Of a DNA stretch of 49,962 nucleotides, positions 36,226-48,649 are shown piece after piece; the first letter of the stretch is position 1, and every line of letters starts with the position of its first letter. The position numbers and the translations under genes were made by a program. Under the pieces are notes generated by a model. That model saw only the letters and a program-made list of their open reading frames with translations, did no database searches and was not told where the DNA came from. Source of the DNA: Bigelowiella natans CCMP2755 (Eukaryota; Protista; Cercozoa); the NCBI GenBank assembly GCA_000320545.1, contig ADNK01000455.1:1-49962 (forward strand), read 5' to 3'.

Positions 36226-37998
36226 TATATTTATGCGGCTCACAGAAGGCTTGGACTTAAAAATATGCCTATTATGTTCCTACGCGTTCCATACCTCTTC
36301 TGGTGGAGGAGATGCTTGGGGCCCTTACAGACGAACTCTTTCAGGTGGGGGGGGGGCAGGCCGAAGTCCTGCGAAGGAAACGATGTAGCACCGCGACAGA
36401 GACAACACGATCAGCAACATCTCGAAAGAATGAATATGAATGTCGCTCAGCGAGAAGGCGGAAAAGGAGGCGATTAATGGTTTATTCTCTCACGTTCGGT
36501 CTCTTTATTTTGAGCTGAATTCCCGCAAGTGCTAGTCCCTGAGGCAGCAGTAGGCAGTTAATCAGCAGCAGGTCATGTTATCATCCAACTCGCCCCGAAG
36601 AGCACCATCAAAGAAAGAACATGTTAGGTGGTGTTGTATGTAGCACCCACCCACACAATAAGCATATTCGCTTGCATTCATGCCCGCACATATTGCGCCG
36701 CACATGCAGCATATCAGCTTCTGCCTCCTCCCCTTCCTCCTCCTCGTCTTTCGTCGCCCGATTACAGGGAATACAAATCTCACAGACACGGGGTCACCTG
36801 AAGCTTCTCCATGGCTTCCGTTGCGAGTTTGTACGATCTGCAGAATGGATGAGGGTGTGACCTCTTGGTAGGGGGCGGACATGCGGAACAACAAGACAAC
36901 CTGAATTCGACGAAGCAAAATTTGTTGTTGGGCCGGATTTCCACTCCAAGCACGGGGTTCTGTGTGAGCGGTGGTTAAAAAGCCCAATATGGTATAAATG
37001 CGTATGGCATGAATGTGATGCATCGTTGGCGGCAGCAGGCACAGCGGGATGCGAAAGAATCATTACCTCGTCTGCAACGATGCCAGCCTGGGTGGTATAA
37101 TGTTCCGCGGGTTAGATTAAGTAAACGGGATGATTCGGGTGTGTTGTTTCAAATGAATGGCACCGACCTGGTTGCATGCGTCGGTGAAGAAATTAAAGAT
37201 AAGTATTTCTGTCAGTCCCAGTGCGCTGGGTAAGTTTCCGATGAATAGCCGTCTGCCGCAAACCATATCAGAAGAACAGTCAAAACCACGTTGTTATTGC
37301 TATTTGTTGGAGGCCTCCTCCCTCCACACATACCGGGAAGCTCTAGTAACTTGTCGATTGGTCACCTCTGTTTGCTGCACGAGAAGCACTCTGATCCGTA
37401 TTTGATATGGTTGTGGTGGGGAGGGGGGATGTTCGACAGTGAGAAATAATGAATCACACAACAACAACAACAACAACAACAGCAAAAACTCTTAACGATA
37501 AAGATTATTACTTTAATAGCTGCGTTTTCTGTTCTTGAACACCGCCGGGGCGTAAAGCTGCAGCCGTGTTTGGAAGAAAGGCGGTTGTTGTTGTCCCCGC
37601 GGTTGGAGAGGTGGAAGAGGAAGGGGGAGGAGGCGCTGATGAGAAGCCCAATCTACCGGAATTTGACTTCTCTTTCTTTGACTTCTTCTTACGTTGAGGG
37701 GATTCGGAAGATGATGACGATGATGGAGATCTTCTTCTCCTCCTGTTGTTGAATCATCAGAGTTCCTTTTATTACCAAACTTCTCGAACGACATCAGTTG
37801 CGAATTCACCTTCGTCTCCTGCTTCTTCTTCCTCTGCTTCTATCCACCGAGCGGTCTCTTCTCCCGCTGTTCCTTTAAAGGCTAGGCTTTAACACCACGC
37901 GCATTTCATCTAATCGAACGAATTCACCACCTTCTGCGCGAACGACGATCGTCGTCATCGCTTGACCTTGATCCATTCTCTCTGGCCTTGCTGTCCAT
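34325..37998 (-). CDS. U2AF large subunit (U2AF65)-like splicing factor: RS region, RRM1 and C-terminal UHM
   Basis: RS-rich N-terminus and GFSSAPPP. RRM1: TRASR|RLFIGNLP, KFCFVEFR, LKIKRPN|DF. UHM: ILVLLNMINPHDLVEDD|EYQEIRNEIGDECNKFG...VPGLGKVFLQY...LHGRRFSENLVEARF. Confidence 0.85.
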
Positions 37999-38643
37999 CT
38001 CAGACGCTAGGGGGGCGCAGGAGAGGTATTCAGAATGCCTTAGACACTCAGCGGTGGTAAACGAGTCGGTGGTTGCTGCTCGTGGGCACCGTGGAGTTCC
38101 TCGCTTCTTCGCAGGGGGGGGGCGACCGAGGTCAGGAAGTGTAATTTCGATCTAATGCGGAATCTCACCAAATTAGATTCCCTTTTTAAGCTAAAACGAA
38201 GGGGTTTTCTTCCCTGAGACATGCCTTTTATGTATTGTCGCAGCTCGGTCGTATCCGTCTTTGTTGTTCTGGTTGTTGTCGGAGCGCGATGTAATATGGA
38301 GGGGATCCGGATATTATGAGGACATTTTTTGGTCTAGTTTTTTTCGTTTGGATTGCGTCTCAACACTCACCGCACCGCAGAAATACCCGACGACCCGACG
38401 ATCGATCGGATACAGAGGGGTGGGGGGATGCCTGGAACTGTAGACTGCGCTCTCTGAGTTCGGACCATCATTGCTCGTCCTTCATCATTTTTGCACTGCA
38501 TTGGCAGTGTTCTCAACTGGAGAACCCATACCTGAGCAGATTTATCAAGAAATAGGAGCATCCACGGCAAGATACAAGTTTCCCCATCATTGGAAGAGAG
38601 CCTGAACATTCATCCCAGCCCCCTTCTCAATTATCTTACGGCT

Positions 38644-39856
38644 ATGAAAGGAATGGTGCAAATCTCGACGAAGACGAGTTCAAAGCTTCTTTCAGTGACA
38701 CTGCTACTGGCTGCGGTGCACTATCTCAGCGCTGGAGTATCAACGAAAGCGCAGCAACCATTCTTTGCTTCTCCCCTGATTGATCGCCCAAGGAGTTCAC
38801 TGCCGTACCACCAATATTACCAGCAGCACCATTTGGTGCGAATTGCCCTCCCTCCTAGCGTGGGAGCTCCATGCCCAGCTCAGCGAAGAAGAGAGGGGAG
38901 GAGAAGAAAAAGGGCTGCTAATTTATTTGCAGAGTTCGGAAATGGCGATAGGCAGGATAGAACGGGACCAAACATGCCAAGGCAGGCTAAAGGTGTTACA
39001 AGGGAAGAAAAAGCCGCCGTAGTTGACCCGAGGCTACCCGAGCCTCCGCCCCCCCCTCCAAGAGAAGAGTAAGTATTTTATCATGGCAACGTGCGCCACA
39101 TTCACCCATCAGAATCTAAAATTCTACCTGTGCTGTCAACGTGGTCTCGACAACCCATCAGCGAACCTGTGGCGAGGCCATTTGCTAATTGGCTGAGGGT
39201 TGCAAAGAGGTTCTCGACGGACGTTAAGGATCCTCCATGTAGAAATGATCAGAATTATAACATCTCTAATTAAAATTCATCGTGCAAGCCCCATCACTTA
39301 TACGATTGTACTTTAATTATTCTTAGCTGGAGGATTGAAGGGAGTCTTGTGGGCATTCGGTTCCACATTCTTAGAGGCTTCACTTCTCATCCTTGCCGTG
39401 TACGTAAAAAAAAGCAAGCATGCGATGATGAGATTGTAGTGGGCTTGGTTGTTTGTGATGTGTTGCTGTAACATCATCGATAAAAAATCTATTTTTCTCA
39501 TGATATTCTCAATACACAGGGTTGTCGCGGCGGCCATGATCTCGTTTTTAGGTGTGTTAAGTGTATCGTGTTTCATGAGGTTGATAGGACTAAATCTTGT
39601 GTGATGGATCTCAGTTTATTCGACCTTCGATCGGGATTTCTCCAACACTTTCAATCCGGACATTTGGTATGGAAGTTAAGACGACGAGGTTATTTAGCCC
39701 TCATAAATATCGCAGGCACGCACATGCAAATCACTGTCTACCGTATTGTCTGCCGAGCAAAATTGCATGGCCGGGGATGACAGCCTTCGTCAATAATGAA
39801 ACCAGCGATGATTTTTTAAAATTCATCATGAGCAGATACACGCATCTCATACTATA

Positions 39857-39896
<40 letters not shown>

Positions 39897-39980
39897 GTGT
39901 GTTATGATTATCCCAGCCAAACAAGTGTGCTGTCTGTTTTTGCTTTTTCTTTCCTGGCGCATGATGGCTGCGATGTCTAG
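38644..39980 (+). CDS. Putative plastid-targeted small membrane protein of unknown function
   Basis: Signal-like LLSVTLLLAAVHYLSAG, an Arg-rich transit-like segment, poly-Pro, then spliced hydrophobic exons GVLWAFGSTFLEASLLILAV|VVAAAMISFL. 3' end uncertain. Confidence 0.5.
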
Positions 39981-40420
39981 ATGTGCACATGGCTAGATTG
40001 GCATGTCAGCCAGCGTAACGTTGAATCGTCGTGAAATGCAGCTCTACCCTCCAAGTCATTTTGTACGTGCTTAGCCTATATCAATGTGTCAAAGAACAAG
40101 ATGTACATGCGTGCATGCACATGTGGGCACAGCTCATCGCATGCGTGCGTGTGTGTGCAAATGCACGTGTTCGCACGCGCATGCAAATGTAGCCTTCATA
40201 GCCATGGCTCTGTCATCGACTACACATTTATGCTCGCACACATGCACATGACTGCAAGAAGCATGGTGATAAATGCACACATGTGGTGTGCACGTGGCTA
40301 CTGTGCTGCACAGCTTGACAGTGTGCTAGTGTGGTGTGCAAAAAATGCTCACATGATCAATTTGAGCATGATTACACAGTGTGACGCAGCTGATATATAG
40401 TAGACTCAGAGCTATGCAAC
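39960..40420. other. Palindrome-rich spacer element 7 (convergent 3' ends)
   Basis: ATGTCTAGAT 39973-39982; long purine-pyrimidine alternating GCATGC/TGCACATGTG tracts. Confidence 0.7.
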
Positions 40421-40614
40421 AAGCTTCAACAAGCCAACTTTATGCATTGCCTGTCATTTTATAAGAAATTGTGTGATAATTAAAAATGGTTCGCATCGCA
40501 CAGCCATCTGTACGTATGGTAAGAACGTGAATACATACTGCCTGCTATGTCTACACATATCATCATGGTTTCGTTTAATTGCACTGCCAATAATTGCACT
40601 GGCGCGGTCGTCAT

Positions 40615-42216
40615 TCAAGCAAATCGATCGCGGCGTTTTCTCATTTTGACTATCGAAGTATAAAATTTGGGGTCTTGACGACGATCTCCAAAGTAACTTT
40701 CACAGAATCCAAGGAGGACTTTGACGGTCGAATCTAACTCAGGAAGACTACAACGGTCCCCTTCCTCCGAATAATCATAAGAAAGGTTGACCGCGGCAAA
40801 CTCGAGACCAGTCATCAGGATATCTGTGCCTTTTAAAACTTTGCTTTGCCAGTCATCAAGAGAGTACAGTTTATCTTGGATATCTTTCATCATACCGTAG
40901 CGATCCTTCCTCGGCGATTCGTACATCCCACTGACTCTCTCATCGGCAGGAATTCTGTCAGCAATGCTTAGCACTTTGCGCGTAATCTCGATATAATCCA
41001 TCACACTCTCATCAAGAACCTTGTGAGGACCTTTTTTGCAGGAGTCCCACAAATTGTTGTATAAAAAGTCAAACACAACTTCGATATCCCATCTGGCTTT
41101 GAGCTCCAGCGTGTCTGCGTTGTTTGGACTTTCAATGGCTTTTACCGGGATTGCTGTACTAGGGATGCCTGCCCTCGAGAATGCGTGACCCAAGCGCTTC
41201 AACATGACATCTCTCATCCTATCTCCGATGAGATCAACACCTTTGTATCTGCCTACAACGTGCCGTAGTGCATTCCCATCTCTATCGCGGGGACAGTTTC
41301 GTGCATTGGTCTTTCTGTCAACTGTGATGCAGTAGCACGCTTTTGCCCTTTGCAGTTTTTCGTCCCAGAGCAAGTCGCGGATCGGAAAGCGCATGGCTCC
41401 TTTCTGGCCGCTCTCCTCCCCAACCGAAAAGTACACGCAGATGTTCCACGGGCATGATGTCTGCATCTTGGTCTCTTTTGAATTTGTCCGCAAGTGCTCA
41501 ATGGCGCCCAGGATGATCGCCACTCCAGTCTTGCAATCTAGACCAGCGTCACCGTCGTACTTCAGCCAATCTCCTTCGATTCTAACGTTCCCCACCGAGG
41601 GATTCACGCTGTCTAGGTGAGCGTTGAAAAGGACACCCGGCATATTAGAGGCCCCTGCTGTGTGAGAGCAGATCTCTGCAAAGACGCCCCACTTCGGATC
41701 GGCGATATATTTGATGTCCCTGTCGTGAAACCAACGGCATACGCTTCTCATGAGCGCACCCTCACCAATTTCCCCAGTCTGTTGTGACACCTGTGGATTT
41801 TGAACCTTCACCACATCGCGCACGAGCTCATAGAAATCCTGGCGAGAAAACGCGGTCTTCGTTTCTCGTTTGCCAGTAGGGGCTTCCACCAAAGCCCGTG
41901 ATATGTCTAGCAACGACTTCAACAACAACTCTCTTCCATCACCCAGCAACCCCAGCCGCTCGAGGTCCGCACGTGAGGCCTTCCCCAGCACCCTCGCAGC
42001 CCGGACAAACTTTTGACCGTCGTCCTTCGTCCAAGAGGAGGCTGGATTCATCGTCACATGAACGCAGGGGAAGGAGTAGAGCTGAGCGACAAGCGAGTCG
42101 ATGCCGTTCTTGGAAATTGAAGAAGCGACAAGGAAATATGGATATCGTTCGTAGAGATTCGAGGGGATTTCTTTGGTAATTTGAGTTCCGATAAATATTT
42201 TGGAGCTGGTAGCCAA
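40615..42216 (-). CDS. M20/M28-clan zinc peptidase/amidohydrolase-like protein in one uninterrupted 1.6 kb ORF
   Basis: Ligand motifs in the expected order: VLFNAHLDSV, AGLDCKTGVAIIL, FSVGEESGQKGA, ITVDRK, AVNLSY. The ORF begins at TTG; the true ATG is unclear (possibly 42290 via a short intron). Confidence 0.72.
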   Translation of the reverse strand: MATSSKIFIGTQITKEIPSNLYERYPYFLVASSISKNGIDSLVAQLYSFPCVHVTMNPASSWTKDDGQKFVRAARVLGKASRADLERLGLLGDGRELLLKSLLDISRALVEAPTGKRETKTAFSRQDFYELVRDVVKVQNPQVSQQTGEIGEGALMRSVCRWFHDRDIKYIADPKWGVFAEICSHTAGASNMPGVLFNAHLDSVNPSVGNVRIEGDWLKYDGDAGLDCKTGVAIILGAIEHLRTNSKETKMQTSCPWNICVYFSVGEESGQKGAMRFPIRDLLWDEKLQRAKACYCITVDRKTNARNCPRDRDGNALRHVVGRYKGVDLIGDRMRDVMLKRLGHAFSRAGIPSTAIPVKAIESPNNADTLELKARWDIEVVFDFLYNNLWDSCKKGPHKVLDESVMDYIEITRKVLSIADRIPADERVSGMYESPRKDRYGMMKDIQDKLYSLDDWQSKVLKGTDILMTGLEFAAVNLSYDYSEEGDRCSLPELDSTVKVLLGFCESYFGDRRQDPKFYTSIVKMRKRRDRFA

Positions 42217-42485
42217 CCGCTCCTCCCATTCGAACCCATAATACCCTACCCTACCCCGCGGAAAAGCGGCAACAAGGTGGTGCTCTCCATCCCTCCACTC
42301 CGTTCGTTTTTCGGTTCTTTCTCTGCGATCTCGTGTGGTGTGGTGGCGTAAGCCACTGCCATGTCATGTGATGCTATTTGCATGGTGCGACCAAGGGAAC
42401 AAAGATCAACTGAGCTGGTATGCAGCCAATGCGCTTACGAATACTCGATGCTGGTGGTATTTAGTAGGAGAAATATACGAGAAGC

Positions 42486-42617
42486 ATGCATCGAGTCGTC
42501 GCTGCTCCATTTCGATTCCGCCCTCTTCGCCGTCTTTTGAATCCTCCACTCACCAGATTATTTTCGAGTGAGGAGAAGGCGAACACCCAGGTCAAACTCG
42601 TGAAGATGCAACATAGC

Positions 42618-42693
<76 letters not shown>

Positions 42694-44156
42694 TGTTTGT
42701 GTTTGTGTGTGTGATGTACAGCGCCACATTATTTAAGTGGAAATAATTTCTTACAACAGACATATCGAAGCACACGTAAACAGAATATTTAAACGTTGTT
42801 TCCCGCATCTAAGGTATCATCTTCTTCTCGCGGCCCTCTTGATGGCATTCGAGTGCTGGAGCTGGGACAGGTATTCAGTTTCAAGATGCCGGTGTAGTAT
42901 TATAATGACTTCAATAAGAGTTTCCTATGATCTTGCTCTTTTCACTCATGCCTTGTTTCATGTTTGAGAAGCCGATACTTGGAATGAGCCTGATATTCTT
43001 TTCATTGCGACAAAACACATAATTGATCTCTTTTCCGATCATCATCATACGCCCCACTCTCTGGACGCTCACTACTGCTGTTGCTGCCGCTGTGTAGCTC
43101 ATCGCTGGGCCGTGGGCTGGCACGGTGTTGGCATATTTTGGCGCCGATGTTGTTAAGGTGGGGCGATATGATGTTCTGAGACCCAATCTAGTTGCCTTAG
43201 AATGTCATTTCTACCATCTCGCCTCAGATATCATTCATTATTGTACGCATGGTGCTTCGCAGGTCGAACCTCCGAGAGGCGATCCGATCCGAGGCTGGCG
43301 ACAGCTTGATGAAACTGGTAGCTGTAGCGATTTAAACAATAGGATCGTTTGCGAGATAGAGAGAGAGAGATGGCCACTGGCAGTCAGAAGAAGGGATAGA
43401 TACCGACGTTGCTCTTTGGAGGGGCGTACATCTTTCATACACACACACACACACACACACACACCCTCACATCCTACGGCACTCTCTCCTCCTGTGTATG
43501 TACTAGGGACCTCGTTTTGGTGGCGGGGGCATGCTCGGAATAAACGGTGGAGACAGCGCTTTCTCTCCCTCACCCAGAGGCTGCACTCGAAAGCCAAACG
43601 CAGCTTTTTAAAAAAGAATGAAGCATAATATAACACGCACACATGCTCTCTCATATGCTCCACATCGATAAGCATGCTTCGATTCGGCAAAATGAACAAA
43701 GAACATGATATTTATGTGTCCAGAACGTGTGCGCGTGTGTGTGTGTGAGTGTGTGAGTGAGTGATGAGCAGAATAAGTGGTTGTCCTTATGCTTCCATTC
43801 TCCATCCACCAGGTCCATTTGCGTTGATCTGAAGTCTGATCAAGGGCGAGAAGTCATCAAGGTTGTTAGTAGTAGCACAGGGAGTCAGAGAGCTACTTCA
43901 TCGTATCCCCCCCCCTTGCCGTGGCTGCGTGACAACATATGTCGAAGAAGCGTGTGTTGGCTGCTGCGAGTGAAAATGAAAAAATTCTTTGCAAGATGGG
44001 GAGATCGTCATCACAGCGATGTGCGCTTCTAATTCGTCGTGTCTGTCTCGTTTCAGGAGCTGGCCGGCGTTTCCGATGTGTTGATAGAGAACTTCAAACC
44101 AGGGAAAATGGAGGTGAGAGGAGGTTGGGATTGCGCGTGCGTTGCTTACGTCTGTG

Positions 44157-44190
<34 letters not shown>

Positions 44191-45224
44191 TGTGTGTGTG
44201 TTGCATGCTCTTCTCGATCGGGTCATGTTCTTGTCGAATCGGCAGCAAACAAGTGCGACACACGCACCCACATGTTTATGTGTGTTACACATATGTCAAT
44301 ACACGCGTGATTGTTATTGAAAGGAATGGGGCCTCGGTCCGCAGGACCTCGAGAAGCTGAACGAAGAGCTCATCTACACGCGTATCAGCGGCTATGGCCA
44401 GACAGGTATATAGCTAGCAAGTAGTAGCATAAGCACACTACTATACCGCGAAACAATAGTCGAGGAGGAAGGAAGAGAATGAGAAGAACGAACGGCCCTA
44501 GCAGCAAAGGCAAAGATCGAAAGAAGAAGGAAAAGAAGAAACAGAGGAATGAATGGAGAAGATGCGAATAACAAGCCAACCGCCCTATTATTATTATCAC
44601 GATACACTGGCATGCTTTGATTTCAGGGCCTTACTCTAAGCTTCCAGGATTCGCCTCTGTGTGCGAGGCAGTGGGCGGTTTCCGGTCGTGCCCTAACCCG
44701 AAGAAGAAGCAAGCATGATGCATGTGATGATGATGATGATGATGATGACCACTACCGGGATGGATGCACGAGTATTCGTTCACTGCAAACGCCTTTTCAC
44801 ACATTGCGAAACACATATGATGATTACTACTACTGCTGCTATTCCCACGACTACGAACACTCTCTCCCTCTCTCCCTCCCTCTCTCTCTCTCTCCCTCTC
44901 TCTCACCGCTGCAAATGCTGATATATCAGGTATGTGAACGGATTCCCTGATCGCCCCAGTGTGCGTCCAAACCTCAGCATGGTCAGTTTATCTACACTCT
45001 TCACCACCAAATGCATAAAAATCATTGATTTGATGGGGTGTGTTGCTTTGATTCTCCTGGCCCTCGTTGGACAATGCCCTTTCCTCCTCTTGGCCGGGTT
45101 CATCAGGGGGATACAATGGCCGCTCTGCAGGTGCGACATGCCGCCAGCCATACCCGCCCACGCTGCTGCCGTACTGTTCGGACAGCAATAATTTCTAGTT
45201 GTTGCATTTGGGAAGAAAATATAA

Positions 45225-45268
<44 letters not shown>

Positions 45269-45450
45269 AGGCGGTGATTGGCATTCTGTTGGCTCTTCAA
45301 GCGAGAAACGGGAATCAAAATGCACGCTGGAGGAAGGAGGAAGATGGTAGTAGAAGGGCACTCGAATGAGCATAAATGTTTGCTCATTGGAAGGGAGGAG
45401 GAGGAGGAGGAGGAGGAGGAGGGAGGCTGAGCTATTCTGCTTCTCACCAT

Positions 45451-45482
<32 letters not shown>

Positions 45483-45819
45483 TCTCCATCATATCATCCT
45501 CACCATCCTCCTCCCTATCATCATCATCAGCAGCAGCGGCAGCATCGTCATCGTCGTCGTCATCATCATTATCATCATCATCATCGCCCTCGTGCGGTAA
45601 GGGCCAGGTGGTGGATGTTGCTATTTACGAATCCGTCTTCAACCTCCTCGAGGTGATACTAGAAGCTGTAGTACACTACAAGAATTTGTAAGTCGTAGTA
45701 CTATATACATATATACATAATATGTGTGTGTGTGTGTGTGTGTGCTCATCATGTATTATTTATGTGCTAGGGCGTGGTGTCTGAATTCGATGGCGCAGGA
45801 GTCGTGAGAGGCTGCTCTG

Positions 45820-45850
<31 letters not shown>

Positions 45851-47074
45851 CAAGAAAAAGGATGACAGTAGCGGCAGCAGCAGCAGCAGTAGTAGTATCA
45901 GTGGTAGTGGTAGTGGTGGTGGTGGTGGTGGTGGTATCAATTGGTTGTAGGAGCTGTGCAAGATACGCAAAGACACGATGCCGACTTCCTGCCATGCATG
46001 CTTACTCGCAGTAGTTGCTATTGCTTCGCTGGGATTGTTGTTGTAGTTGTTGTTGTTGTTATCGCTGCTGCAAAACGCAACCACCACCTACCACCAGGTT
46101 CTACCCTCACCGGCATCGTCCCCTCGAATCTCTACCGGTACTACTACTACTACTACAACTACTACTACTACTATAACCGCTACTACTAGCAGCCAGCCCC
46201 ATAGAATACGCGCGAAGCGAGTGCCACACGTGCTGCTCCTCCTCCTCCTCCTCCTCCTTCTCCTCTCCCTCCTCTTCCATTTCACATGCTAAATGAAGTC
46301 CTATCCGTAGAGGAAGCGACGGAAAAGACATTATCATCGGGGCGAATGGAGATTCTCTCTACTCAAGGCTACTGGATACAATGGAGGTAGTAGTCGTCAG
46401 TCAGGGGCGTTTTAGTTCCGCACTGCTTCCTCGCCTACGAAAAGCCGCCGCATCGCCAGCTTTGTGCGTTTTTACTCGCGCCGAGCAAGGCTGCGAGAAT
46501 GATCAGATCATATTTCCATTATCCCCTGTCCTTAGGTCGAAAAGGAGAGCTGTTTGCGGTAAGTAAGTAGGTAGGTAGGTAGGCAGCGTTATCAGTCAGT
46601 CGATGGAGGGGGGGGGGGGGGGAGGAGCGGTGGATGGAAGGCGAATCACTGGATATGAATGATGATGATGATGACGATGATGATGATGATGACGATGATG
46701 ATGATGACGATGATGATGATGATGACGCCCCCCCCCCCTCTGGTTTCTTCACCCTCCTAATCTGCCGGTGAATCTTGGATGCATTTCATCGAATCGTATA
46801 CCGTACAGGAGTTACGACTCGAATGCAAAGCGCGTGGAGAAACAGGGCGAGATTGACATAGCAATAGGTCTGTTGTAGATGGCGGTCGGTGCTGGCGAGT
46901 GTTGGCAAGATAACAAAAATATCGATGATAACAAAAATACAACAATAATGATTCTAAGACCCCCCGTATCTAAGTAATTGAGCGCTAGTGCCGTTATGGT
47001 CGCGGAAGAAATTATAAATGAGAAAGATACGCTTCCTTCCTGCTATCCCTTCTCTCACTCTTCCTCTCTTCTAA

Positions 47075-47111
<37 letters not shown>

Positions 47112-47128
47112 CTCTCTCAAGAATATTA

Positions 47129-47163
<35 letters not shown>

Positions 47164-48454
47164 TGTATACACACACGCATACGCGCATGATTTTGTGAGT
47201 GGTTGCATAATAACCGATGGCGTTGCTGTGAAAGGAAAATGGGTTAAACAGAGACCAACCGATGCGACGCTCGAGATACTATCAAAGTGAGGATGATGGT
47301 GATGGTGATGGTGATGTTCCATGCACATGTAATTACGCCAAGTGCGCGCCCTTGTGTTCTCTCTCATTCGAGAGTGTGTGAAGAACAATACCTCACTTCA
47401 ACTTCTCTCTCTTTGTCCGACCCCCTCCCCCCCTCCTAACCCTCGCTCTCTCCCTCCGTCTGTCTTCATGTTTGTTTGTATGCGTGTAGAGCTAGCATTC
47501 CAAGCGGGCTGATATACAATGTGAGTGCCCCCCACTATTGACTACATGAATAGATATATAGGAATACTTACATTGTAATGTTGGAATTCGATATCGATGT
47601 CGATGTTAATGGTGATAACGACGACGAGGAGGAGGAGGAGGAGGATGTAGATAATCATCGATGCACAATTCTTTTTATGTATTGTAAAGGTAGAGGACAT
47701 GATGAACGATCCGCACTACATAGCGAGGAATCAATTCGAACAAGTAAGTGAGCAACTTTCTTCCACACTCAACCGCGTTTCTTTCTCTGCAGCAGCAAAA
47801 AGTCGCCACGATATTCTCCAGTGCGCACATAGTTTCCTGTGCGTGCTGCATGGCTTTGCGCCGTGGCTCGAAATGGAAAATGCAGGGAACAGGACTGTCG
47901 TGATGTGATACACTGATCCTTCGTACCGTACATGTATTAGTGCGTTTTGCATTCATTTGTTTGATTTTTATTTTCATTTCCTACAGGTGGAAATTGGTGA
48001 GTTAGACCGCAAGCTGAAGATACCGGCGATATCCCCTGTTCTCTCTCGGAACCCAGGCACAACGCGGCATCCAGGGCGATCGAAGGTGCTCTTCCACCAT
48101 TCGAGATTATTATTCCAGTGAGAATGCCGATGAGTACTCCTTCCTCCGTGTGGCGGTGGGCGGGGCGAGAGCGCAATCGGTGTTTGTTAGTGCCGTGACC
48201 ACACCAAACACAACATGTTGCCGTGCAAATCGCAGACTGAAGTTTACTTAAATCTACGAATGATGATTTGTGCTTGCATGGTCGCGTACTGCCGGCAGCC
48301 TGGAGAGGATACGGTGGATATCCTGGAGGATTGGCTCCGCAAGGACACACGGTTGAAATGTAGTAGTTCTATGAATCACTAACCCGAGCTATGTATGTGG
48401 GTTGAGTTCTCGATGCTCGTGTGAATTGGCAATCATCTGCATTCTTCTTCTTCA

Positions 48455-48486
<32 letters not shown>

Positions 48487-48548
48487 GTATTTTCACATGT
48501 AGGTCTATCGATGCATTACTGGAAGCAGGCTCTGTGATGAAGCGATAG
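42486..48548 (+). CDS. CoA-transferase family III (CaiB/BaiF; succinate-hydroxymethylglutarate CoA-transferase-like), mitochondrial presequence, about 20 exons
   Basis: MHRVVAAPFRFRPLRRLL; GPLDGIRVLELGQ|LIAGPWAGTVLAYFGADVVK|VEPPRGDPIRGW; ARNKR|SICVDLK; DVLIENFKPG; RISGYGQT|GPY; GDTMAAL (catalytic Asp); NDPHYIAR; PGEDTVDIL...SIDALLEAGSVMKR*. Confidence 0.92.
42620..42712. repeat. (TG)n microsatellite in intron 1 of the CoA-transferase
   Basis: Read directly. Confidence 0.95.
46659..46726. repeat. (GAT/GAC)n trinucleotide repeat (intronic)
   Basis: Read directly. Confidence 0.95.
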
Positions 48549-48649
48549 TATCATCATAGGACAATGGGCTAGCTATGGTCGGTTCATCGCCTTGCATGAT
48601 GAATGCAGCAATTGCGAATATTTTCGAAGGGTATTGTGTCAGTAATACA

